A stretch of DNA of 64,000 nt, taken from assembly GCA_050015395.1 (NCBI GenBank), contig JBEKBM010000002.1, positions 64,001 to 128,000 of the forward strand, given 5' to 3'. A program made the translations under genes and the position numbers. Source of the stretch: Candidatus Bathyarchaeia archaeon (GTDB lineage Archaea > Thermoproteota > Bathyarchaeia > Bathyarchaeales > Bathycorpusculaceae). This document shows, piece after piece, positions 20,432 to 29,396 of this stretch (the first letter of the stretch is position 1; each line of letters begins with the position of its first letter). A model generated the notes under the pieces. The model did no database searches. It saw only the letters and a program-made list of their open reading frames with translations, and was not told the DNA's origin.

Positions 20432-22000
20432 TTACGGATAGCCCACGTTGTTTTGTATGACTGTGCCGCTTCCTTGGTCAAGTATTTTCGGGTTGGGGCA
20501 TTGAATGAAGTTGTTGCCTGTGATGCTTGTGCCTGTGACTCCAGAGTTGACGAGGACGCCAGCGTATATTGACTGCGCGTTAGTTATTATAAACGTGTTG
20601 CCCGTGACAGCATTGTTTGCAGAAGCACACATAACCGCTGCTCCCCATCCTCCCGCTGCGTCCCAGTTAGTTATCGTATTGTTTGAAATTGTATTGTTTG
20701 GAGCATTGGGGTCTGTTGCTATTCCAAATTGACAACCAGTAATAATATTATTTGTTGCTGTGTTATATCCTGGACTAGTGGTAGCACCTCCTGAACTATC
20801 GTAAGATAAAGCAATTGCACAGTACGTGTTTGTAATTGTGTTATATCTAATCGTAGCATGTCCACCACATTCATTAGCGATACCCCAATGTGACTGAAGA
20901 TGCGCTGCCAAGTCCATATCATGTACATAATTATATTCAATCGTGCAATTATTACGATATGATGTTATGCCAACATCGCCACAATGTGATACTTCGTTGT
21001 GCCCAGCATAATCGCCATTAGCGTCCTCTAATGTTATTCCGTTCCATTGACAGTTATATATAACACTGTTTATAACGCTGTTGTTGCCGTACCCTGTATC
21101 ACCATAAAAGTCAACTCCATCCATAAGGCTATTGTAAATCGTGGCTCCGTCCACAACAAAACCAGTGCAGTCCCATGTTAAAAGTATGCCAGTGACTGTA
21201 GTTTGTCCTGAAGAATTACCGTTTATTTCAACATTAATGATTTGGCAGTTGTTGTCATAGTTGAAGCGGAACACTGGATTGTTCAAGCCGTTGTTAGCGT
21301 AAAAGACTGCTCCATTCTGGACGTAGATTTGCACGTTGTTTCCATTGCTTAACAGTATTGTCGATGCTACGTTGTAAGTAGCTGCTTCAACGTAAATTAC
21401 TCCCCCACTTGAGGCGAGGCGGTTCCAAGCATTTTGTAAGACTGATGTTATGTCTGTGCTTGAGTAGAGGATTGATCCGCTTGTGCCTTGTATTACATGA
21501 TTGGCTCCGCTGCTATCTTGATAGATTGTGTAATCTGTGTTTGGCGGAGGAGATGTTACCGAAATAGGCGTGGGACCTGCCGTTGGACTTGGTGTGGGCG
21601 TTGGAGTAGGTGTTGGAGTCGCCGTTGGTGCGGGAGTGGGCGTTGGAGTAGGTGTTGGAGTTGGTGTAGGCGTGGGACTTCGAGTCGGACTAGGCGTTGG
21701 GATAGAAGTAGGTGTTGGACTTGTTGTTGGCGTTGGAGTCGGATCAAGCGTTATGGTTGGAGTTGGTGTTGGAGTCACTGTTAGTGCGGGATTGGGCGTA
21801 GCTATTGGGCTATGAGTTAGCGGAGGCGATGGCGACGGTAATGGCCTTGGGATCGGTTTCGCGGTATGCGTAGGAGTTGACCAATGATAATGCTGAGCAT
21901 AGACCACATCAGACTGCAAAGGAAAGCTTATGAATGCAGAGGACAGCAGAATCAGAAAAACCAATAAAGCTACTGCTATTATTATATTTTTTTGTTTCAC
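20432..22000 (-). CDS. Secreted/surface protein with Pro/Thr-rich linker and right-handed parallel beta-helix domain
   Basis: N-terminal signal/TM helix, (TP)n linker, Asn/Gly/Ile-rich PbH1-like repeats. Confidence 0.8.
   Translation of the reverse strand: MKQKNIIIAVALLVFLILLSSAFISFPLQSDVVYAQHYHWSTPTHTAKPIPRPLPSPSPPLTHSPIATPNPALTVTPTPTPTITLDPTPTPTTSPTPTSIPTPSPTRSPTPTPTPTPTPTPTPAPTATPTPTPTPTPSPTAGPTPISVTSPPPNTDYTIYQDSSGANHVIQGTSGSILYSSTDITSVLQNAWNRLASSGGVIYVEAATYNVASTILLSNGNNVQIYVQNGAVFYANNGLNNPVFRFNYDNNCQIINVEINGNSSGQTTVTGILLTWDCTGFVVDGATIYNSLMDGVDFYGDTGYGNNSVINSVIYNCQWNGITLEDANGDYAGHNEVSHCGDVGITSYRNNCTIEYNYVHDMDLAAHLQSHWGIANECGGHATIRYNTITNTYCAIALSYDSSGGATTSPGYNTATNNIITGCQFGIATDPNAPNNTISNNTITNWDAAGGWGAAVMCASANNAVTGNTFIITNAQSIYAGVLVNSGVTGTSITGNNFIQCPNPKILDQGSGTVIQNNVGYP
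21570..21850 (-). repeat. Degenerate 6-bp coding tandem repeat encoding (Thr-Pro)n linker
   Basis: Runs of ggtgtt/ggagt(t/a/c)/ggcgtt on the + strand. Confidence 0.85.
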
Positions 22001-22230
22001 TATTTATCCCTCTCTCTTCAATTTGTTACTTTCATTTCCTGAGTTTGTAATTTAAGTTTTGTTGAAAAATAAAATTTGCAAAGTTGCAAAGTCCGCTTCT
22101 CATCTCATTAATCATGTTTGCGCTTTCTTCAGAACATCAATTTCTATAGTAAGAGCGGTCGCCAATTATATCCATAACCACTATCTCTGCAGCTGAAAAG
22201 ATTCCCAAGAAAAATATAACCACCAATAAT

Positions 22231-22842
22231 GTTGCTGGCCATCAACCAAACTATATGCCGTGGCTTGGTTTCTTCGATAAACTTGCGAGATGTGATACTT
22301 TTGTTATCTATGATGATGCACAATTTCAACACGGCGGATTCCATAACAGAAACAAAATTAGAACCCTGAAAGGATGGGAATGGCTAACTGTACCCATTAT
22401 CCATGGGCACCCACAAACTATTAAGGACGTAAAAATATCTGGAACCCAATGGAAAAATAAACATTTAAGTGCAATAATGCACAATTACGAAAAGGCGCCT
22501 TATTTCAAAAAATATTTTCCTTTAATTAAAGAAGCCATAGATTTCGATCATGAACTACTAATAGGCTTGAATGTGCACCTCATTAGAATGTTTGCTGAAA
22601 TCTTGTCTATAAATGTAAATATTGTTCGTTCATCTGAATTTCCTTATTGCGGAAAGGAAAAGAACGAGAAATTAATATCCATGTGCAAATTTATTGGGGC
22701 TGACACGTATCTGTCAGGTTCTGGAGGAAAAGCCTATATTAACGAAAGCTTGTTCTCACAAGCCAACATTAAGATTAAATGGCACAACTACGAGCACCCA
22801 ATTTACAAGCAGAGATATGAAGGAAGTTGCCGGTTGATCTAG
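22231..22842 (+). pseudogene. Second WbqC paralog lacking a canonical start and truncated at the C-terminus
   Basis: Frame reads VAGHQPNYMPWLGFFDK from 22231 with no in-frame ATG/GTG/TTG back to the stops at 22147-22152; ends YKQRYEGSCRLI without the F.PNLS..D.LF tail present in the 126..797 copy. Confidence 0.65.
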
Positions 22843-22930
22843 AATTTTAATGAAAGGTTATAGAACACTTGTCAATTGTTCGGGATGTTTATTCCTTACG
22901 ACTTTAAAAGTTTGTTTCTCTGCATAAATC

Positions 22931-23659
22931 ATGAGCTATTTTACGGTTTTTTGGAAGATTTTTATGACTGAAATTCGCACAAGTGTATCAGTCGTTATCG
23001 CAACGCTAAACGAAGAAGAAGGAATAGGGCCAACTTTAGGCGAGCTGCAGAAAGTTCTAAACAACCCGTATTTGGTAGTTGTTGATGGCAACAGCGTTGA
23101 CAAAACCATTGAAATAGCGAAAAACATGGGTGCAGACGTTTTACTGCAAGAGGGAAAAGGCAAAGGAAACGCCATGTTCCAAGGTTACCGCACTATAAGC
23201 TCAAAAGTGCCGTTTATCGTTTTCACAGATGCCGACTATACTTACCCTGCCGAATACGTCCCTAAAATGATTGAGATTTTAGAGCAAAACCAAGAAGTCG
23301 GCATGGTTATCGGAAACAGGTTTAAAGGCCAATTCAACAACAGCAAGTCACTTACAAACCCTTTCTATTTAGGTAACCGGTTGCTGGCGCTTGCCCAATC
23401 AGTGATGAATGGCGTTAAGCTTGATGATCCATTGTCTGGTTTACGCGTCGTTAGGAGCGAAATTATAGAGGGTTGGAAACCTAAAAGTAAAGGGTTTGAT
23501 GTAGAGGCTGAAATGAACTCCATTGTCGAGCGTAGAGGTTACCGCATTGTTGAGATTCCAATTCACTACCGAATTAGACTGGGGGAGAAAAAGCTTAAGC
23601 TTAGACATGGCCTACGTATAATGATAAGGATTATAGCTGAAAGCTTAAAAGTCAAATAA
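22931..23659 (+). CDS. GT2 polyprenol-phosphate glycosyltransferase (DPM1/AglD-like)
   Basis: TLNEEEGI, VVVDGNSVDKT, GKGNA, TDADYTYP, DPLSGLR, YRIRLGEKKL; likely start ATG 22964. Confidence 0.9.
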   Translation: MSYFTVFWKIFMTEIRTSVSVVIATLNEEEGIGPTLGELQKVLNNPYLVVVDGNSVDKTIEIAKNMGADVLLQEGKGKGNAMFQGYRTISSKVPFIVFTDADYTYPAEYVPKMIEILEQNQEVGMVIGNRFKGQFNNSKSLTNPFYLGNRLLALAQSVMNGVKLDDPLSGLRVVRSEIIEGWKPKSKGFDVEAEMNSIVERRGYRIVEIPIHYRIRLGEKKLKLRHGLRIMIRIIAESLKVK

Positions 23660-23723
23660 ACTAAAAAAATAATTCTCAATTTTGTTTTGTTATTATACAT
23701 TTTATTTCTTGGATGTGAGATTT

Positions 23724-24697
23724 TTGAAAGTTGCAATTATCGGTTTAGTCACATGGGTCAACTTCACATGCTTAATGCCATGCGCGTTGATGGTGTTAAA
23801 GTTGTAGCTGGGGCAGATAAAAGCGAAAAAAAACCGCAAGTATGCAGAAAGATACCATATTAAAACTTACGATGATTATACCAAGTTAATACATGCCGAA
23901 AAATTAGATGCAGTTATTATTTCATTGCCCAATTTCTTAAAGAAAGAAGCATTTTTTATGCTGCTGAAAAGGGTTTAGATATTTTTTTGGGCATGCCTAT
24001 TTCCCGTAATCTTGCTGAAGCACAGGAAAACCGTTTCCAATCAATTTGAACGTAATTCTGTTAAGCTTATGCTTGGTTACCCCATGCGTTTTAACAACAA
24101 ATTCATCAAGCTTAAAGAAGACATGGAGAACGGGTTAATTGGCGATGTGGAGAATGCTCATGCAACTTGCATAAGTTCTGGTCCTTCTTCCATAGGGCTG
24201 TAGAGAATTCGCCTGTTCCAGTTCCAGACTGGTGGTTTAACACTGAGTATACAGGCGGTGGAGTCCTTGTGGATTTGGGGTCTCATATAATTAACCTTCT
24301 CAGATGGTTCTTTGGCGAGATAGTTGATGTTAAAGGTCAATTTGGGCATAGGTTTAGCATGGATTTTGAGGATTCAGCCATGTGCCTAGCAAGGTTTGAT
24401 TCTGGTTCTGTTGCCGTTATCAACGTTGGCTGGTTTTAGCAGGAATACACCCTCAGGGTTGACCTTTTAGGAAGCGTTAGGAACATTTCTGTTGAGCATA
24501 TGCCTTCTAGTACAATGTCTAATGCCTTTCGAATGTTAACGAAGGGTATTTCCTCATTTAATCAACCGCATTTCGATGAACTACAATATTTTGTCGATTG
24601 TTTGGTTAAAGATGAGGCTCCGTCTCCAACTGGTCTGGATGGACTTAGAGATTTGGAGGCAATATCCAAAGCTTATAAAAATCAGATTCTTCTTTAA
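23724..24697 (+). pseudogene. Gfo/Idh/MocA oxidoreductase pseudogene
   Basis: TTG-KVAIIGL(G)HMG start; several frameshifts 23748-24190; GGGVLVDLGSHIINL; in-frame TAG at 24437; C-terminus DGLRDLEAISKAY. Confidence 0.85.
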
Positions 24698-24724
24698 CGG
24701 GAAAAAACCGGTATTGGTGCCTAC

Positions 24725-26401
24725 ATGGATAAAGCTTTAGAGATGGGTAAATCTTCGGCAACTGGAAGCTTCCACCTATTAATCGGTGTGGCTGGGTCTA
24801 CAGTAATAATGGCTGTTGGCACCCTCATTTTAGCTGGACTCTTACCGGTTAATGAAGTTGGGCTATATGGTATGGCTCTGATTCCATCAACCATAATTAA
24901 CTTCTTTAGAGATTGGGGCGTAAACTCTGCATTAACCCAGAAGATAGCCAGCTTAAGAGCGGCTGGAAGAGACTCGGAAATTCATGATGTCATGCTTTCA
25001 GGAATAATTTTCGAGATTATAACCGGTATTGTTTTGTCTCTGATTTGTTTCGCTGTTGCTGAACCATTAGCTTACATTCTTAGCCCCAGTAACTCAGCCA
25101 ACCTCACTGTTTACATATCGATAATGTCGCTTTCTATTTTTGCGGGCGCCATTCTTGCTGCAGCTGGCGGCATCTTCGTTGGTTTTGAAAGAATGAAGCT
25201 TAACAGTTTCACTCAAATTTTTCAAGCTGTCGTTAAGACTTCTCTTGGTCCATTTTTAATTATTCTTGGTTTCGGCGTGTTGGGTGCAGTATATGCTGCA
25301 ATGGGTTCAATTCTTGCAGGCGGTGCTATTGCCGCACTTATTGTTTATTTTTATTTGTTTAGGCCGTTGCGTAAGTGTAAAGTTGGCAAATGTGATGTAA
25401 AGCTAACTTTGAAGCCAATGTTAAGTTATGGGCTGCCCCTTACGGTTTCAAACATTGTGTTTGGTGTGCTACCGCAGGTTTTCATTTTTACAATGGCAGT
25501 TTACGCTGGAGACTGGCTGATGGGTAACTATTATGCTGCCGCTTACTTCTCTGTTCTTCTGACGTTCATTTCTTTTCCGATTTCAACGGCGTTGTTTCCT
25601 GTTTTCTCCAAGTTAAATCCTCAAAAAGAGCCTGAACTGGTGAAAACGGTTTTTGCTTCTTCAGTCAAGTACACTGCAATGCTTCTGGTGCCTGCAACAA
25701 TGCTTTTAGTAACCCTTTCTACACCATTAATTAACACTTTATTCCCAAAAAATGGAATAATGCAATCCCTATTTGTAGTGAACGCAGCACCCAAGTATCC
25801 TTATGCACCGTTATTCTTGACGCTTTCATGCTTAGTCAACTTGCTTGTTTTAGTAGGTAACATTAGCTTGGGAACTTTCCAAACAGGCATTGGAAAAACA
25901 AAGCAAATTATGAAACAAAGCATTCTATCTCTTGTCGTCGGTTTGCCGCTTGCATACCTTTCAGTAGCATATTTCTATTCAATTGGCGGTCCATCTTATG
26001 CAGTGATCGGCGGCATAATCGGAACTTTCATTGCAACCACACCCAATGTTGCTTGGGGACTTTACTGGTGTTGGAAAAACTACAAAGTTAAAGCGGACTT
26101 TCGTATTTCCGCCAAGATTTTTGCTTCATCAGCGGCTGCTTCAGTGGTAACTTATTTGTTTATCAGCTTTTTCAGTTTACCCTATTGGATTATGCTCGTA
26201 ATGGGCTTCGCAGTTTTCATGGTGGTTTACTTGGCAAGTGCTCCGCTTATTGGCGCAGTCAATCAAGCCGATATCGATAATTTCAAAGCAATGTTTTCAG
26301 GTTCAGGCGTTGTTTCAAAAATTTTAAATTTTCCCTTACTTTTCATGAGTAAAATGTGTAGGAAAAACAATGTAAAGAAAATTTTGCTCGAGATCAATTG
26401 A
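24725..26401 (+). CDS. Oligosaccharide flippase (Wzx/MATE-like polysaccharide export protein)
   Basis: Polytopic; FRDWGVNSA, GFERM, YGLPL, ALFPVFSKL, SVKYT. Confidence 0.88.
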   Translation: MDKALEMGKSSATGSFHLLIGVAGSTVIMAVGTLILAGLLPVNEVGLYGMALIPSTIINFFRDWGVNSALTQKIASLRAAGRDSEIHDVMLSGIIFEIITGIVLSLICFAVAEPLAYILSPSNSANLTVYISIMSLSIFAGAILAAAGGIFVGFERMKLNSFTQIFQAVVKTSLGPFLIILGFGVLGAVYAAMGSILAGGAIAALIVYFYLFRPLRKCKVGKCDVKLTLKPMLSYGLPLTVSNIVFGVLPQVFIFTMAVYAGDWLMGNYYAAAYFSVLLTFISFPISTALFPVFSKLNPQKEPELVKTVFASSVKYTAMLLVPATMLLVTLSTPLINTLFPKNGIMQSLFVVNAAPKYPYAPLFLTLSCLVNLLVLVGNISLGTFQTGIGKTKQIMKQSILSLVVGLPLAYLSVAYFYSIGGPSYAVIGGIIGTFIATTPNVAWGLYWCWKNYKVKADFRISAKIFASSAAASVVTYLFISFFSLPYWIMLVMGFAVFMVVYLASAPLIGAVNQADIDNFKAMFSGSGVVSKILNFPLLFMSKMCRKNNVKKILLEIN

Positions 26402-26494
26402 GATTTTTAATAAACCTTAAACACAGCGTAATCATATATTATTTTTAAAATAAAACGTGTTTTTGAGTTATCATTAAAAAGGAAGGTTTGTCAG

Positions 26495-27190
26495 TTGAAA
26501 CCTGTACATAAAAACAGTAGTACCTCGTCAACGATTGCAGGATTATTTTTAGCCGTAGGAATTATCCTGCTGGCTTAATCTTTGCTTTTTGGATTGCAGA
26601 TTGCAGCCTTTATTGGGCTAGGGTTAACTTTTTGGGGCGCCATTTTTGCTCTCGCAAGAAGCGGAAAGTACGTTGAAAGTAGCCTTCTGGATGCCACTGC
26701 AAAATTCGCTTATTCTACAATTGACCGGATGATTAACGACTTAAAATTTAACGGGCAAGGATACTATATTCCTGCTTTCCCTAAAGACGTTTACCTTCCT
26801 GAATATCTCAAAAACCTAAAAGAACCAGTTGTTTTTATTTCTGAAAACTTCGATGGATAGCCATCGGTTGATGATTTAGTCGCAGGCAGATTTCTGTCTG
26901 AAAAAACGCATGGTGTATTTGTCGCTTCGCCTGGCTCTGAGATTATGGCTCAAATAGAAAAACGGTTACAACTAGATTTCAGTAAAATCCCAATTGAAGA
27001 ATTGACGGGAATTTTACCCCACTGCTTAACGGAGACATTTAATCTGGCTAAATCGGTTGACTTGTCTGTCGTGGAAAACGGCGTTAGTTTTAAGGCAACT
27101 GGTATTTTGTATCAGAGTTTATACCGTGCCGAGCCTCCTTTGAAGAGCGTCAGCATCTTAGGCTGTCCAGTTGTAAGCGCACGGCTATAA
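26495..27190 (+). pseudogene. Hypothetical membrane protein pseudogene
   Basis: One reading frame from TTG 26495 interrupted by in-frame TAA (26576) and TAG (26858), ending abruptly after LGCPVVSA. Confidence 0.75.
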
Positions 27191-27338
27191 TACTTCTTAC
27201 TACCTCTGAATTGCTGTATTCGTCGCCTGATTATTCTGCAAGAATTGCCGTTAACAGGCAACTTTTACGGATGACTGCTATTGGGTGCGGTTTAGGTTTT
27301 TCGTTACAGTCGTCATGCGCATTATGGGTATTCTTTGA
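27184..27338 (+). pseudogene. 3' remnant of a small membrane protein gene fused at an apparent deletion junction
   Basis: AIILLTTSELLYSSPDYSARIAVNRQLLRMTAIGCGLGF / frameshift / VTVVMRIMGIL*; no start codon. Confidence 0.5.
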
Positions 27339-27543
27339 TTGCTCCTTGCTTCAATAAAAGTCACGTATTGTGACAAGAAAGCATCAAAGCTAAGCTTAAC
27401 TGTATTTTTAGCGCAAATTGTGTTCGCCAGTTATTCTGTCAACTATTTAAGTTGCGGCTGACGTTCACTCTAAACTTGACTATAACCGTACAGTTAATAG
27501 CTAAGTAAACCGAAATGTTTTGGTCTAAAGGAGGAGAAACGCT

Positions 27544-28236
27544 TCGTTTGCTGTCGGGCACATATCACTGGGTTACCTCTTAGGTAAGGGCTCCTCAAAG
27601 AAGTTGCGTGTTAAAATTAATATTCCGTTGTTGATGGTTCTTTCTATAATTCCTGATGCCGACATAATCTTCGATTGGTTGACTGGAGCCCAACTGCACA
27701 GAGGTCCATCACATTCAGTGGTTGTGGCAATTATAGCTTTTATTCCATTCTTCATTTTTTACCGCAAAAAAGCAGTACCGTATTTTCTAGCTTTAATTTC
27801 ACATTCCCTTATAGGCGACTTCTTTATAGGTGGGAATGTGCAGTTGCTGTGGCCTTTTTCAACAACCAAGTTTGGGTTTACTTACCTTAGTGTTTTTAGC
27901 CCGATAAACATCGTTCTTGAATTAATCTTATTCTTGATGGCAATGCTTGTCCTATACAAAACGGGTGACTACAAGGTTTTCTTTACAGACAACAAGTCAA
28001 ACTTATTGCTGATTATCCCTATATGCACAGTTTTACTGCCGACATTAATAGGCTTCCCCTTCAGTGTACCGTTGCTTGTAAGTGAGCCTACTCTCGCAAT
28101 AGCACACCTGGTTTACCTGGCGCTCTTCAGCATAGCCGTTCTTAAAACACTTCATTCCATATACGAACATAGATTCCATTCTTCAAAAAATCTAGAGGAA
28201 GAGATACGAGGGGAAACCAAGGAATCTATCCCATAA
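27544..28236 (+). CDS. Membrane-bound metal-dependent hydrolase (YdjM/DUF457-like)
   Basis: FAVGH, SIIPDAD, HRGPSHS, SHSLIGD, LLWPF; conserved N-terminus extends upstream of the called TTG (27604). Confidence 0.8.
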   Translation, partial: SFAVGHISLGYLLGKGSSKKLRVKINIPLLMVLSIIPDADIIFDWLTGAQLHRGPSHSVVVAIIAFIPFFIFYRKKAVPYFLALISHSLIGDFFIGGNVQLLWPFSTTKFGFTYLSVFSPINIVLELILFLMAMLVLYKTGDYKVFFTDNKSNLLLIIPICTVLLPTLIGFPFSVPLLVSEPTLAIAHLVYLALFSIAVLKTLHSIYEHRFHSSKNLEEEIRGETKESIP

Positions 28237-28460
28237 AAAGTGACTATAAAATCGAGGTATAGACCGCTCCAACCATTCGTTTATCGTATTTTTTTGTTTA
28301 TCTTTCGGGTTCTTGATTTGTTGTTTTGTCATGTTGTAACTATGGATTTTTTCAAGCAATATTTATATCAAAAGTGATGCACTCCAATCAGTCTAACTAA
28401 CCTGTCAGGCGTTGAACCAATTTGAACCACGCATGTAGAGAACTCTTGGTGGTAAAATAA

Positions 28461-29396
28461 ATGCCGTTAAAAAACTTGAAGAAAGATGAAGCAGACGCTT
28501 TAACGTTAGAATGGGTCTTGCACGTTAAGAACTACAAGTTAACCCTTGACAAAAAACGCTGTGTTGGCTGCCAAATATGCAGTTTAGCCTGCCCTAAAGA
28601 AGCCATAAAAACACAAAAGCAACCTAAAATTCAAGGGGAAAAAGCCAAAAAAGCCAAAGTGGACATTGACTTGGCAAAATGCAATTTCTGCGGTATCTGC
28701 GATGTCACCTGCCCCTATGGCGCAATCAAAGTTACCTTGAACGGTGCACATGACCTTTCTATCTTGGCGAAAGAAAGTTACCCACAGCTGGTTCGCGACA
28801 TAAAAGTGGATACAAGCCAGTGCCAGAAAGAATGCGCAGAATGCGAAACAGCATGCCCACTGTCACTCATAAAAATTTCTAAAATTGGTTATGATGGCAA
28901 AGCAATCGAAAACCTTGAGGCTTTATCGCCGAGCCAGAAAAAACGCGTCCAAGTCAACCTTGATATTCAAAAGGATTACTGTCCAACTTGCAGAGTATGC
29001 GAGTTCAAATGTAGTCCAGGCGCATTAAAAGTCAAAAAAGCCTTCGAAGGAGTAATCGCTATTAATCGGGAGAAATGCCCTGAAGGTTGCACAGACTGCC
29101 TTGATGTTTGCCCCATTACTGGCGCATTAACGCTTGGGGAAGACAAGAAAGTTCATGTTAACGAGTTATTCTGCACTTACTGTGGAGCATGCAAAAACGT
29201 TTGCCCTGTCGATGAAGCGTTAACAGTCAAACGCACAACAATACACCACACGCCCATACATTCAGGCGCATGGAACAAAGCCTTAGAAAGACTAACATCA
29301 CCGGTCGATGCCGCTAAAGAATACAGAACCGTAGCTGGTGAGAACAGGCGCAAAGTAGTTGCCAAAAGATTCGTTTTGGAGGAGACAGTGAAATGA
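28461..29396 (+). CDS. Polyferredoxin (MvhB/FwdF-like), six CxxCxxCxxxC-type motifs
   Basis: CVGCQICSLACP, CNFCGICDVTCP, CAECETACP, CPTCRVCEFKC, CTDCLDVCP, CTYCGACKNVCP. Confidence 0.9.
   Translation: MPLKNLKKDEADALTLEWVLHVKNYKLTLDKKRCVGCQICSLACPKEAIKTQKQPKIQGEKAKKAKVDIDLAKCNFCGICDVTCPYGAIKVTLNGAHDLSILAKESYPQLVRDIKVDTSQCQKECAECETACPLSLIKISKIGYDGKAIENLEALSPSQKKRVQVNLDIQKDYCPTCRVCEFKCSPGALKVKKAFEGVIAINREKCPEGCTDCLDVCPITGALTLGEDKKVHVNELFCTYCGACKNVCPVDEALTVKRTTIHHTPIHSGAWNKALERLTSPVDAAKEYRTVAGENRRKVVAKRFVLEETVK

Noticed and set aside
21488-21815. Gly/Val-rich and Arg/Trp-rich ORFs
   Set aside because: Antisense or alternative-frame shadows of the (TP)n repeat
24437-26860. In-frame TAG codons (24437, 26858) as pyrrolysine or stop-codon readthrough
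   Set aside because: The same genes also carry frameshifts or an in-frame TAA, and many intact genes in the window end in TAG; decay explains them better
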